In this document: in pieces, positions 52,566 through 64,000 of the stretch
Numbering within the stretch: the first letter of the stretch is position 1
Layout: each line of letters opens with the position of its first letter
NCBI RefSeq assembly: GCF_001194135.2
Contig: NC_068995.1
Location: 55,375,945 to 55,439,944 of the forward strand
Direction: 5' to 3'
Length of the DNA: 64,000 bases
Source: Octopus bimaculoides
Taxonomy: Eukaryota
Notes under the pieces: generated by a model
The model's input: only the letters and a program-made list of their open reading frames with translations
What the model was told of the DNA's origin: nothing
The model's database searches: none
Position numbers and translations under genes: made by a program

Positions 52566-53699
52566 AGGGTAATTTATGAGACTTGTCATCTAGATTATCT
52601 GCAAAAGCCATTGTCTAAGAGAACACGTAAGTAGTATATCTGAAGACATTTTTTCTTGTTTGCATTGTTATTCTTAGTATTCTAGACTACTTTTCACAAT
52701 GCAATGCTATTTCTGGATAAAGTCATTATTCCTGAGAACTCTCAAAGAACGACTCTTTATATTATTTCCTTTATATTCGGTCAACCACGGTACTGTAGCA
52801 TATTTCCGGCAAATTTATTTTTGTTGTATGACATTTTATAAAAATGGATGAGAGCTAAAAGAGGTGGAACGTTATGGTAACAAATTCCACGATTCAGTTT
52901 CAATAACCAGAGACGCCATTTTTATTCGGTTACCTGCAAAACAATAATTGCAGTCATAATTTTGAGTGACATGTTCCTTTTATTTCATTAAATTGTACAT
53001 TATTTTAATTTTCAGATTAAAACGTATATTATTGGTGCATATTTTATTGACTGTTTTAGATCTCAGATTTCAGAAAAATATGCGGCAAATAACTCTGCTC
53101 TGTCATCGATAAGACGTGCAATAATAAATCCATTTCTCCCTTAAATCTATTTCGAATTTGATATTATCGAATTACTGTGAGTGAATGATTTGTGCTAACG
53201 AAATTTATTTTATGATAATTTCTCAAGTTACATAATTTACTTACTTGTAATTGACATTTAAATTAATCATCTAATCATTTAGGTTAGCTACGTGATGTCT
53301 ACAGCAAACTAGTTGTCTTAGCGACAGACATGAATAATTGAATGAGGAAACCCATAACCGTGCTATAACTAAGTTGGAGAGAATACTTTGTTGGCGGAAA
53401 CACGTTGCGGATAAGACCAGAAAATGCAATTTATTCTTCGAAATATGTTCGCAGTTAAAATATAAACGCATCATGTGTAAATGCTAGATCTGCCCGGAAA
53501 TAACAATATACCAAACGGAATGAAATGAACAACGTCCAAAACCTAAAATTTTATGTATTTAAACTGCAGCGATATAATTGTTGCTCATTTTCTTGAATCG
53601 ATTCTGAACCCGATGAAACGTATTCAAGTTAACTCACTAACGTTGTCTTCTTTCTTCACCCAAGTCATACACAGCGTATCAACTGCTACCGTTTCCTTT

Positions 53700-54050
53700 C
53701 TTGCATAGATGTAATTACTTTATTTAGTTCAGTGCGACTCAGCTCACCTTCAGTGGCCAGTACAGTTACCAGCTTCTTCAAAGTATTCTCAGGATTGAAA
53801 CCCAGATAAAAGTACCCAGAAACCATTCAGTAATATATCTTGAATAGCATTATCACCTCAGCTTCGAGATCACGAGGAGTTGATTGTCACTCGATATTAT
53901 TCAATGTGACTAAATATTCATTGCGTTGCAAGCGATCGATACGTGTAAGTGTGAGTAATTACAAGCGCAGTGTACAATGATCTGCCGAAGAATATTTGCG
54001 ATTGAGTCAAGTCGCCTGCTTCCATTGTCTATATAAGCAATGTTCATTTT
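53700..54050 (-). pseudogene. Possible decayed RTE-type RT
   Basis: Minus-strand remnants DSIANILRQII..HLHV (LRQIxEK-like) followed by G.NP...ATEGELS. Weak. Confidence 0.3.
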
Positions 54051-54759
54051 ACAATTGTTTCGTGTACTCCTCAAAGTCTAATGCCACTACTTCACAGAGG
54101 AACACCGATAATCGATTTGGAGGTAGATTTTCCCACTGGCGTGATTATCACAACTTCTGCTATTTACAGTATTGAATTAGAAAACCTAATAAACGTCCAG
54201 AACTTGAAAGTACTGTAAGTTTAATGCCATGTCACTCCCAAGCAAACAGACCAATGACCAAGAGCATGAAACTATAGCCGTTCACTTTTCTTTTTCTCAA
54301 AAACATATTGAATATAATCCACTGAATTCTTCGTTTTCAGACGGTAGAGAAATTTCAGGGAAATTTCAAAACGATTTCGTTTTTTCTAGACGCTGCATTG
54401 TTGTTTCACACCAACAGAATTTACAGAATAAGTGTGACAAACATGGACACAGGCAAAGGAATTTGTAAAATTTATTCATAGGTTTTGAGGTTAAATCTTG
54501 TCTAGACATGGAATCGAGATTTGATAACTTGCTAAATCAAAAACATGAAAGGAGGAATAAAATAATCAATCCTTCTAGCTAAGTGACTAAGCAAATTCTA
54601 CTTGCAACGCATGCCGTTCCTTCATGACTTTAAGTGCTTGCTTAACATAGCAGATGTAAATGAGAGAGAAAATACTAGCAAATCCACGAGATTCAACATT
54701 TGCGAGTTCGTGATGTAAAGTACGTTTTTTTTAACCTCTTGATTTATTGAATACCAACA

Positions 54760-54760
54760 C

Positions 54761-54827
<67 letters not shown>

Positions 54828-54928
54828 GAAGAAGAAGAACAACAACAACAACAACCACATTAACGACAACAAGATCAATACTACTACTACAAATACTACT
54901 ACTGATAATATTACTACTACTACTACTC

Positions 54929-55020
<92 letters not shown>

Positions 55021-55145
55021 TGTTGTTATTATTATTAGTAGCGGTGTTAGTATTATCAACATCATAACCATAAAAGCTTACGTGGGAGAGGATGTATGCG
55101 TGGGAAATGCAGAGAAACTCACTTATAGAGACAGATAGAGAGAGA

Positions 55146-55189
<44 letters not shown>

Positions 55190-55318
55190 GAGAATGTGAG
55201 ATAGTGAGTGCCATAATGAATATATAGAACGAATAAATTACTCGGTAGACATTAGAATAAATATTTCCTTGCATATTCACAAAAGGTCGTAACAAATATC
55301 CTGATGTAATATGCATAG

Positions 55319-55394
<76 letters not shown>

Positions 55395-55439
55395 TGAACA
55401 GTGTTTTGAAGACTACCATTGATGTTGACCTCGACGCCA

Positions 55440-55495
<56 letters not shown>

Positions 55496-55545
55496 AAATA
55501 ACACCAACAACAACAATAATATTAATAATGATAATGCTGCTGCTG

Positions 55546-55609
<64 letters not shown>

Positions 55610-55707
55610 TAATAATGATAATAATAATAATGATAATAATAATAATAATAATAATATTAATAATAATAATAATGATAATAATAATAATAATGATAATAAT
55701 AATAATG

Positions 55708-55741
<34 letters not shown>
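54760..55741. repeat. Cluster of (AAT)n, (CTA)n, (GA)n and (TA)n microsatellites
   Basis: Seen directly; followed by a ~750-N gap. Confidence 0.95.
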
Positions 55742-56492
55742 NNNNNNNNNNNNNNNNNNNNNNNNNNNNNNNNNNNNNNNNNNNNNNNNNNNNNNNNNNN
55801 NNNNNNNNNNNNNNNNNNNNNNNNNNNNNNNNNNNNNNNNNNNNNNNNNNNNNNNNNNNNNNNNNNNNNNNNNNNNNNNNNNNNNNNNNNNNNNNNNNNN
55901 NNNNNNNNNNNNNNNNNNNNNNNNNNNNNNNNNNNNNNNNNNNNNNNNNNNNNNNNNNNNNNNNNNNNNNNNNNNNNNNNNNNNNNNNNNNNNNNNNNNN
56001 NNNNNNNNNNNNNNNNNNNNNNNNNNNNNNNNNNNNNNNNNNNNNNNNNNNNNNNNNNNNNNNNNNNNNNNNNNNNNNNNNNNNNNNNNNNNNNNNNNNN
56101 NNNNNNNNNNNNNNNNNNNNNNNNNNNNNNNNNNNNNNNNNNNNNNNNNNNNNNNNNNNNNNNNNNNNNNNNNNNNNNNNNNNNNNNNNNNNNNNNNNNN
56201 NNNNNNNNNNNNNNNNNNNNNNNNNNNNNNNNNNNNNNNNNNNNNNNNNNNNNNNNNNNNNNNNNNNNNNNNNNNNNNNNNNNNNNNNNNNNNNNNNNNN
56301 NNNNNNNNNNNNNNNNNNNNNNNNNNNNNNNNNNNNNNNNNNNNNNNNNNNNNNNNNNNNNNNNNNNNNNNNNNNNNNNNNNNNNNNNNNNNNNNNNNNN
56401 NNNNNNNNNNNNNNNNNNNNNNNNNNNNNNNNNNNNNNNNNNNNNNNNNNNNNNNNNNNNNNNNNNNNNNNNNNNNNNNNNNNNNNNNNNNN

Positions 56493-56528
<36 letters not shown>

Positions 56529-57071
56529 ATATATATATGTATGCATATATATATAATATATATATGATATATATACATATATATATATAATATATGTATG
56601 TGCATAAGTATGTGTGTATACAGTATCATGTTTAAATTGTGTGTATATTCCTATTCCTATGTTTCTGTGTAGATGCATGTATGTGTACTAAACCTCGTGA
56701 GGATCCACAGCAAAAGTAATTACAAGAGTGTGACTCCAGGTGATATGTTTCATTATGTGTTTCATACTTATATCTGCCGAAAATGAATACATGTTTTAGC
56801 AGACGTCTTTACACTTACGTGCATGAGATCTGTTTATTACAAGCACAATGCATACGAAAATGTGCGTGTTTACTTGGAAAGTGTTATGTGACTCGGTTTT
56901 GAACACTTCTTCTCTGTGTATCTTCATGTCAGTCAAACTATAACTATTTCTGTATCTTATATCTCAGAAACTCGTATGCTGAAATATAAGGTAAATAAAA
57001 CGAAATGAAATGAACAGATGATTTTATTGTTAGTAGTAGTAATATTTTTAATAATAATAATTATTATTATC

Positions 57072-57125
57072 TCATTTATTTGCCACAAGGGCGAAGGATG
57101 AGGGGACAATACAGAGACAGGCATA
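57072..57125 (-). mobile_element. SINE tail fragment (family-A variant tail)
   Basis: tttatttgccacaagggcgaaggatgaggggacaatacagagacagg next to (AAT)n; assignment is from memory of the family. Confidence 0.45.
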
Positions 57126-57269
57126 AAGTGTGGTGGTCTATATATAAGGAAATGACAAAAAGTAAAACAGCAACAACAACAACAACAACAATAATAATAA
57201 TAATAATAATAATAAGAGATATGACGATATGTGCATCTCTGATCATGAGCAGAAGTAGTGGTGGAGCAT

Positions 57270-57380
57270 CATAGCCAAATCAGACTGGAACGCGATTCAG
57301 TTCTCCGGCTTACCTGTTCCAATCAAACCATCTAACCCATGTCAGTATGGAAAACGGACGCTAAATGATGATGATGATGA
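57270..57380 (+). mobile_element. 3' end of a non-LTR element/SINE with a (TGA)n tail
   Basis: ccatctaacccatgtcagtatggaaaacggacgctaaa followed by (tga)n; I recognise this as a common Octopus retroposon 3' terminus. Confidence 0.65.
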
Positions 57381-58004
57381 GGAGGAGGAGGNNNNNNNNN
57401 NNNNNNNNNNNNNNNNNNNNNNNNNNNNNNNNNNNNNNNNNNNNNNNNNNGGGGAGGAGGAGGAGGGGAGGAGGAGGAGGAGGAGGATGGGGATAACAAC
57501 TCTAACTTCTACATGATTAACACACACACCCATGTACGATTATCTTCGCCCACCTACCCGAACAGTACACTATCACAATATGATCACACACACAGAGCAA
57601 ACAGTCATCGTATTCACTCACATAAATAGAGTACATACACATCATACGCAAAGACACAGACACACAGATACACACACGCACGCATACACAAACGCAATCT
57701 CTCATACAGATTACTGACCACCTTCTAAAAGACAGCGACTTAATTGTATTGGCAATTAGACAGATATATGAATATACTGATATTCTTATTTATTGATATT
57801 TTCACAGACTGATAACTACACAATTAACTAACGCTCGTACAAATACACAGTCGGATCTTGTAGGATGGTATATTAAAAGACTGAAAGATATAGAGACACA
57901 TTCGTTATAGCTTCATATCCAGATGTACAAACACATGAAAGGTTCAGCTATGTATGCGTATGTGTGTATGCATGTTATTTATGTTCATATATATATATAT
58001 ATAC

Positions 58005-58070
58005 ACAGAGAGAGACAGAGAGAGACAGAGACAGAGAGAGAGACAGAGAGAGAGACAGAGAGAGAGACAG

Positions 58071-58134
<64 letters not shown>
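58005..58134. repeat. (GA/GACA)n then (GATA)n microsatellite
   Basis: Seen directly. Confidence 0.95.
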
Positions 58135-58335
58135 GTATTTGTATGTCTGTGTTTGTCCCTCGTACCATCGCTTAACAACAAATGTTGGTGTGTTTACGTC
58201 CCCGTAACTTAGCGGCTTGGCAAAAGATACCTATAGGATAAGTACTAGGCTTACAAAGAATAAGTCCTGAGGTCGATTTGTTCGACTAATGGCAGTGCTT
58301 CAGCATGGCCGCAGTCAATCGACTGAAACACGTTA
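58135..58335 (+). mobile_element. Family-B SINE 3' half following a (GATA)n tract
   Basis: tgtgtttgtccc...gtgtttacgtccccgtaacttagcgg...ataagtactaggcttac...gaggtcgatttgttcgacta...cagcatggccgcagtcaatcgactgaaac. Confidence 0.88.
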
Positions 58336-58413
58336 AAGAAGAAAAAAAAGAAAAGAAAATATATAGCATGACGACAGCCGCCTGGCAGAAACTTATGAAA
58401 GTAGAAAAGAATA

Positions 58414-58445
<32 letters not shown>

Positions 58446-58483
58446 CATATGCAAAATTTGAAACCGATATTAATAGCTTATGC

Positions 58484-58652
58484 AGGGCGATGAGTTGGCA
58501 GAATCTTTAGCACTCCGGGCAATATGCTTTGTGGCATCGCTTTTTATGCTTTCGATGTCGATAGAATAAGTACCAGTTGAGTACTCGGGTCGATATAATC
58601 GACTTACCGCCTCCCACCTAAGTTTCTGGCCTTATGTCAAGATTTGAAATCA
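58484..58652 (+). mobile_element. Family-A SINE, internally deleted, flanked by a 17-bp direct repeat (target-site duplication)
   Basis: gggcgatgagttggcagaatctttagcactccgggc...gtcgatagaataagtaccagt...ggtcgatataatcgactta...ctggccttatgtc. The sequence atattaatagcttatgc occurs at 58467-58483 and again at 58653-58669. Confidence 0.85.
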
Positions 58653-59176
58653 ATATTAATAGCTTATGCTTATTTGATATTTTCTGTTGATAGATTATTG
58701 ACTTGGATAAAGTTTAGTTGGAACAAGCTGCAATTATTTAAATTATTTGGAATTTATATCCTTTAGGTTGCCAATGAGGGCTGCAGCATTCCTTCATATT
58801 TCTCCGCGTTTCCATAACTGGGTGCATCTGTTCAGCTTAGTGGTTGAAATCTACGGGGAGATAATTACAGTAATTAAGCCAGAGATGAAGTTAATGGTTA
58901 ATAGCTTTATAACTTTAGAGCGAAAGGAATTCTAAAACCTTTCCCAATTTGAAATACTGAAGCGAAAGGCTACGATGCGGGTGTATATAAATGACTAGAT
59001 TAGACAAATCTATGTATGAACGCGTACATGCATACATGCAGAGTTACGTACTGACACAAAACTATGGGTAAGTGGGCAAATGCACGGGACTTTGTAGATA
59101 ATTATCTTCGTATGTTTATATATGTATGTGCGTGTAGAAATATACGTAAATGCGTTTACATGAATATATGCGTAAT

Positions 59177-59218
<42 letters not shown>

Positions 59219-59994
59219 AGATATATATTTATACGTATACACACAACAGATACCCCCCCCCATACGCACACACACATATATATATATACAAATTTAGAAA
59301 AATATTCACATAAATATATGTATATTTAACGATACACATAGATATACGGATTAGAAGCATTAAGCAATGATTTATATAAAATTGTTGTCAGTTCAAGTAT
59401 GTTTTAGACATATTGGAACCCGAAGAAGGTTATCATTGCAGTTTATCATAGAGAAATATTCTCGCTCTCGGCAAAAACATATAAACACATCATATTAGTT
59501 CGAAGCGTCTTATATACAGATTGATGGATGCATACATTTCGAAGTAGTTATCTTCTCATCAGCATTACAACTGGAAAAGGGAGGCAACTCTGAACTGATT
59601 AAGAGTCAAGGTCTCTCTTATTAGAATCCAATCGAAATAGTTTGACTTCTGGCGCTAAACAGCTGCGTGGCCGTAGTAAAACGCAGACTGCAAGAGCTAA
59701 AGATTGATTTATACAGAAAAATAAACCTGCTACCACTTCAAATATGTTTGAGACATACTCGAACAAACAAGAAGGACATTCTCTGCATTTCGTGAAAGGG
59801 AAAAGTTCTCGCTGTAAACAAGAATGTATCCAGTGTTCTGGATAGATGGCGCTTAAAATTGATCTGATGTGTTTACACCTTTTTGTCAACAGTGAGAATA
59901 TTTCTACATGACAAAATGCAGGATATCGCCTTCTTAAGTGATAGAATATGTTTCAAATACATCTGAACAGGGAAGAAGTTTATACATAAAGACA

Positions 59995-60046
59995 CGTACA
60001 TACACACAAACAACTCACACACACAGCTCACACACACACAAACATA

Positions 60047-60091
<45 letters not shown>

Positions 60092-60154
60092 GCATACATA
60101 TATTCATATGCATATATATGCGTGTATATACATATGTATATACATATACACATG

Positions 60155-60208
<54 letters not shown>

Positions 60209-60887
60209 CGTGTGTATATATATGCATATACATATATGTATATATATGCACACACACATTTATAAATTAATCCAGTGAACAAGTATTTCCAATATTCCAT
60301 TAGAGAGACACAGGAATGTATAAACTCCATACTTACATTATCAAATACTATGAAGAACATAAATATAAATATACATATATATTTATTAAAGTTTCTAACC
60401 TTTTTTTTTTCATATCCTTTTTTTAATAAGATGTGATAGAATTTCACTTTATCAGAAGATGAAATTTTATTACTTAACGCATTTGCCAAATGCATGTAGA
60501 CACGATAATTTCTCGTTTGAAATTTTCAAGACGTTTTATCATTGAGATTAAATTTACTGAAAAGTTGAAGTGATGCTAAAGAAACGGGAATTTGAACACT
60601 TCGAGGTGTTTGCAGTTAATATATGAAGATATGTTGCTTTGATATAAATTCAGAATATCTTCAAGATGATAATCATCAATGTCATGGCACACTCAACGCA
60701 CACACGCACGCACACACACACACACACACAGACACACACACGCATACACACAGAGGCACACACACACACACACTCATGCACACACACAGGCCTACACACA
60801 CGTACGCACATACACACGCACACGCATACACACAAGCGCATACACACACATACATATTATGTACACATATATATGCATATACATTTA

Positions 60888-60940
<53 letters not shown>
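59995..60940. repeat. Degenerate (CA)n/(TA)n/(TG)n microsatellite fields
   Basis: Seen directly; source of the HT/YI/CV ORFs. Confidence 0.9.
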
Positions 60941-60941
<1 letters not shown>

Positions 60942-62108
60942 TTAGATTGATACATACAAGAATGCTTATAAATATTCACATATGTATATGCACACAAATA
61001 CATGCGCAGTTGTGTAAATGCACGTGACTTTGAAGATAATTATCTTCGAGTTACGTTTTATTAATATTATATGCATGCGTATGCATGTATATACACACAT
61101 ACATGCATATATACGTATGCTAACTAATACTTATACAGACACATCTTTATATATATCTATCTTTAAATATTATATAGATATGTGTGTGTGTACGTTTGTG
61201 TGCCTCTGTGTGTGTGTGCCCGTGTGTACGAAATCTCATAAACACGTCTATTTTGTGGTTACGCCGTAACGGTATATCCGGCTTTCTATATTTATGTGTA
61301 AACATGCATGTATATAGAAAAATAGATTGCTAATTATGGACCTTCATATGCTTACATAATTATACGCATACACCTCTTCTATTTATGTTCCTTTACGTAA
61401 TTGTATATATTGCCAATATCTATAATAATATAGTTAGTTACAGAAGGGTAACCTTCGTATACAAATAAATGGATAAACACGAATATGTATTTGATTGTGT
61501 GCCTGCATATATATATGCCTGTATATAGATGTCTGATATATATATATATATANNNNNNNNNNNNNNNNNNNNNNNNNNNNNNNNNNNNNNNNNNNNNNNN
61601 NNNNNNNNNNNNNNNNNNNNNNNNNNNNNNNNNNNNNNNNNNNNNNNNNNNNNNNNNNNNNNNNNNNNNNNNNNNNNNNNNNNNNNNNNNNNNNNNNNNN
61701 NNNNNNNNNNNNNNNNNNNNNNNNNNNNNNNNNNNNNNNNNNNNNNNNNNNNNNNNNNNNNNNNNNNNNNNNNNNNNNNNNNNNNNNNNNNNNNNNNNNN
61801 NNNNNNNNNNNNNNNNNNNNNNNNNNNNNNNNNNNNNNNNNNNNNNNNNNNNNNNNNNNNNNNNNNNNNNNNNNNNNNNNNNNNNNNNNNNNNNNNNNNN
61901 NNNNNNNNNNNNNNNNNNNNNNNNNNNNNNNNNNNNNNNNNNNNNNNNNNNNNNNNNNNNNNNNNNNNNNNNNNNNNNNNNNNNNNNNNNNNNNNNNNNN
62001 NNNNNNNNNNNNNNNNNNNNNNNNNNNNNNNNNNNNNNNNNNNNNNNNNNNNNNNNNNNNNNNNNNNNNNNNNNNNNNNNNNNNNNNNNNNNNNNNNNNN
62101 NNNNNNTA

Positions 62109-62144
<36 letters not shown>

Positions 62145-63589
62145 TGTATGTATATGAACATATGTATTTATATTGATGTGTGTATGTATGCTTCTGCGTG
62201 TGTGTATGTGTGTGTGTTGATGTGAATGTCTGCGTATGTGCATTTGCTTGATTACCGGATGAAATTCAAATTCCGTGATTAAAAATATTTTACAGCAACA
62301 TATTACAATAGAAAATTAATAATCCGATTTCTATGAATATTTTGAAAATACATTTCTCCGCCTAATTTCGTTGCTACGAATTCTAGTAGAAAAGTATATG
62401 ATATTAGATTTATATTCAAGCGGGGTTTTTTTTTTCTATTTAAATTTAATGTACAATTCGAGTAGTTAATTGAAACTCAAATGCATTTTATATCGATGTT
62501 GGATAAACTTTCCTCTCGTAAATTTCATTTAATAATCCTTCGTGGTAGGTATTCAGCCTGTCGAAATATTAGAATATATTGTGATTTAAAACTAATGCAA
62601 TATTTTACTATTGTAATGTTTAATGTTTGGGAGTTACTCCTCACTAGGTCGTAAGAATCTTAAGAGCACAGGCTCTTTATCACTGGAATATCAAGTGATA
62701 TCACATATCGGTTCATGAGAGACCTAGTTACTGAGATTGACTGGGTTCACTAAATGAGCAAGTTTTATGTATCCTGGGCTTACAGATAAAACAAGATTTT
62801 CGAATCTAGTCGACTAAAACCGTGACTAAACAGCTGTAGAGGTTGATCTTAATGTCAGTGATATGTTGGAGTTGTGCAACAAACATTGTGCCGCCTCATG
62901 AGTAAAAGTTTGAATGTATTTTAACAACTTTTATGCTATTAAAAGGGAGCGTAGTTCTTTCATATTTTACTTTCAAAACATTGTCTCATACCATGTCACT
63001 TGCCAGGCAATTACAACTCCGGAATATTTCACAGAGGGCTAATGCCAATAACTCATGACTGTATACACACAGGAAGTCGGTCTTTTGTTTATATAACATA
63101 AGCAATGCATTTTTCAGGAAAGAATATAGTTTATTCAATATTTATGAATACGTAACTGGAACTAAATTGATGGATTCACAGCTGGAAGAAATCAAACTTA
63201 AACTTGATTGCATTTAAAATTTGAATGAAGCTACATCTAAATACTTATATATATTTAACGTAGGCAAACATGTAAGGAAATACGATATGGTTTAATTTTT
63301 TCCGCCGTAATATGTGACGTTATAAACATTTTAGTTTGCTAATGGCATGCATTAGGAATATACTTTGCACCGTAGAATTGCGGAGAAGTGCTTCGGGCTA
63401 CATCAATACCGTCTCCTTAAATGAATGTTGCTTCCTGTTATATGTGCGTTCCTTTACGGATATATATTCATCAACCCTGCACAACGTAGAAATCATAACC
63501 TAACCAGTGAAACTGTGAACTTAATCGATAGCCAAGTCATTTATTCGTTGCTTTTCTAGAGACTAAGTTCTATATATGCCATGCGTTGA

Positions 63590-63920
63590 ACTTTAACTGC
63601 CGGCTGTAAGCAGAACCGAAAATGCTTTAGAATATGATAGCCCATCATATATTAATGGGTTCCATCTGCTGTGAGCCACACATAACAATTGTCTTCTGCA
63701 GAATCGTCGTATTTGCTCAAGTCTCTTTGTATAAACCGCCGGAAATCGTCTGAAATTCTGATTCAAGTTATTTGGTGTTTGATTAAAGGCGCAAACCAAA
63801 TATAAAACCGTAACCTTACCTGTGTTCACTCTGTCCATGTCTGCCTCTAACTAGATGTTATGATATCCAGCTTCTTTCTACAGTAACCCGGTAATACATT
63901 GGCAGCCTTTCTTATCACTC
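63590..63920 (-). pseudogene. Highly decayed CR1-type RT fragment
   Basis: NTGKVTVLYLVCAFNQTPN...IRRFCRRQLLCV..SRW...GLSYSKAFSVLL aligns loosely to the DxxYLDFxKAFDxVPH ... WIxxFLxxRxQxV ... SGVPQGSVLGPLL order; ERSWIS upstream resembles GRSC. Confidence 0.45.
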
Positions 63921-64000
63921 AAGCAGATTTTCTGCTTCTTTTTAAAAGGGCCATGGGCTCTACCGTCTTCCCTTTCTAAAGCCATAAATATTATTTACAT

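Overview
AT-rich, microsatellite-dense animal genomic DNA from a short-read draft assembly, with 19 N-gaps, most flanked by (TA)n or other simple repeats. The repeat complement looks like a coleoid cephalopod, most likely Octopus; this is inferred from remembered SINE families and was not checked against a database. No host protein-coding gene can be confidently called. Nearly all ORFs in the track are translations of microsatellites or N-runs, and the only recognisable coding sequence is decayed LINE reverse transcriptase (CR1-type and RTE-type). The window reads as intronic or intergenic. It contains many tRNA-derived SINEs (two main families, some in head-to-tail arrays), Penelope-type terminal-repeat remnants and a nested inverted-repeat element. 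Three things stand out. (1) A series of hammerhead-ribozyme motifs, one with a fully conserved catalytic core at 48207-48239 inside a ~280-bp repeat-like (retrozyme-like) element. (2) At 51763-51981, nine spaced copies of a GGAAnTTTCCAGGAAG core that overlaps NF-kB/Rel, STAT and HSF-type motifs, running directly into a pre-miRNA-like hairpin (51979-52057); this could be a stress- or immune-responsive non-coding cassette. (3) An element at 22541-23212 whose ~200-bp core occurs in both orientations relative to a fixed tail. All functional statements are hypotheses from sequence inspection only.
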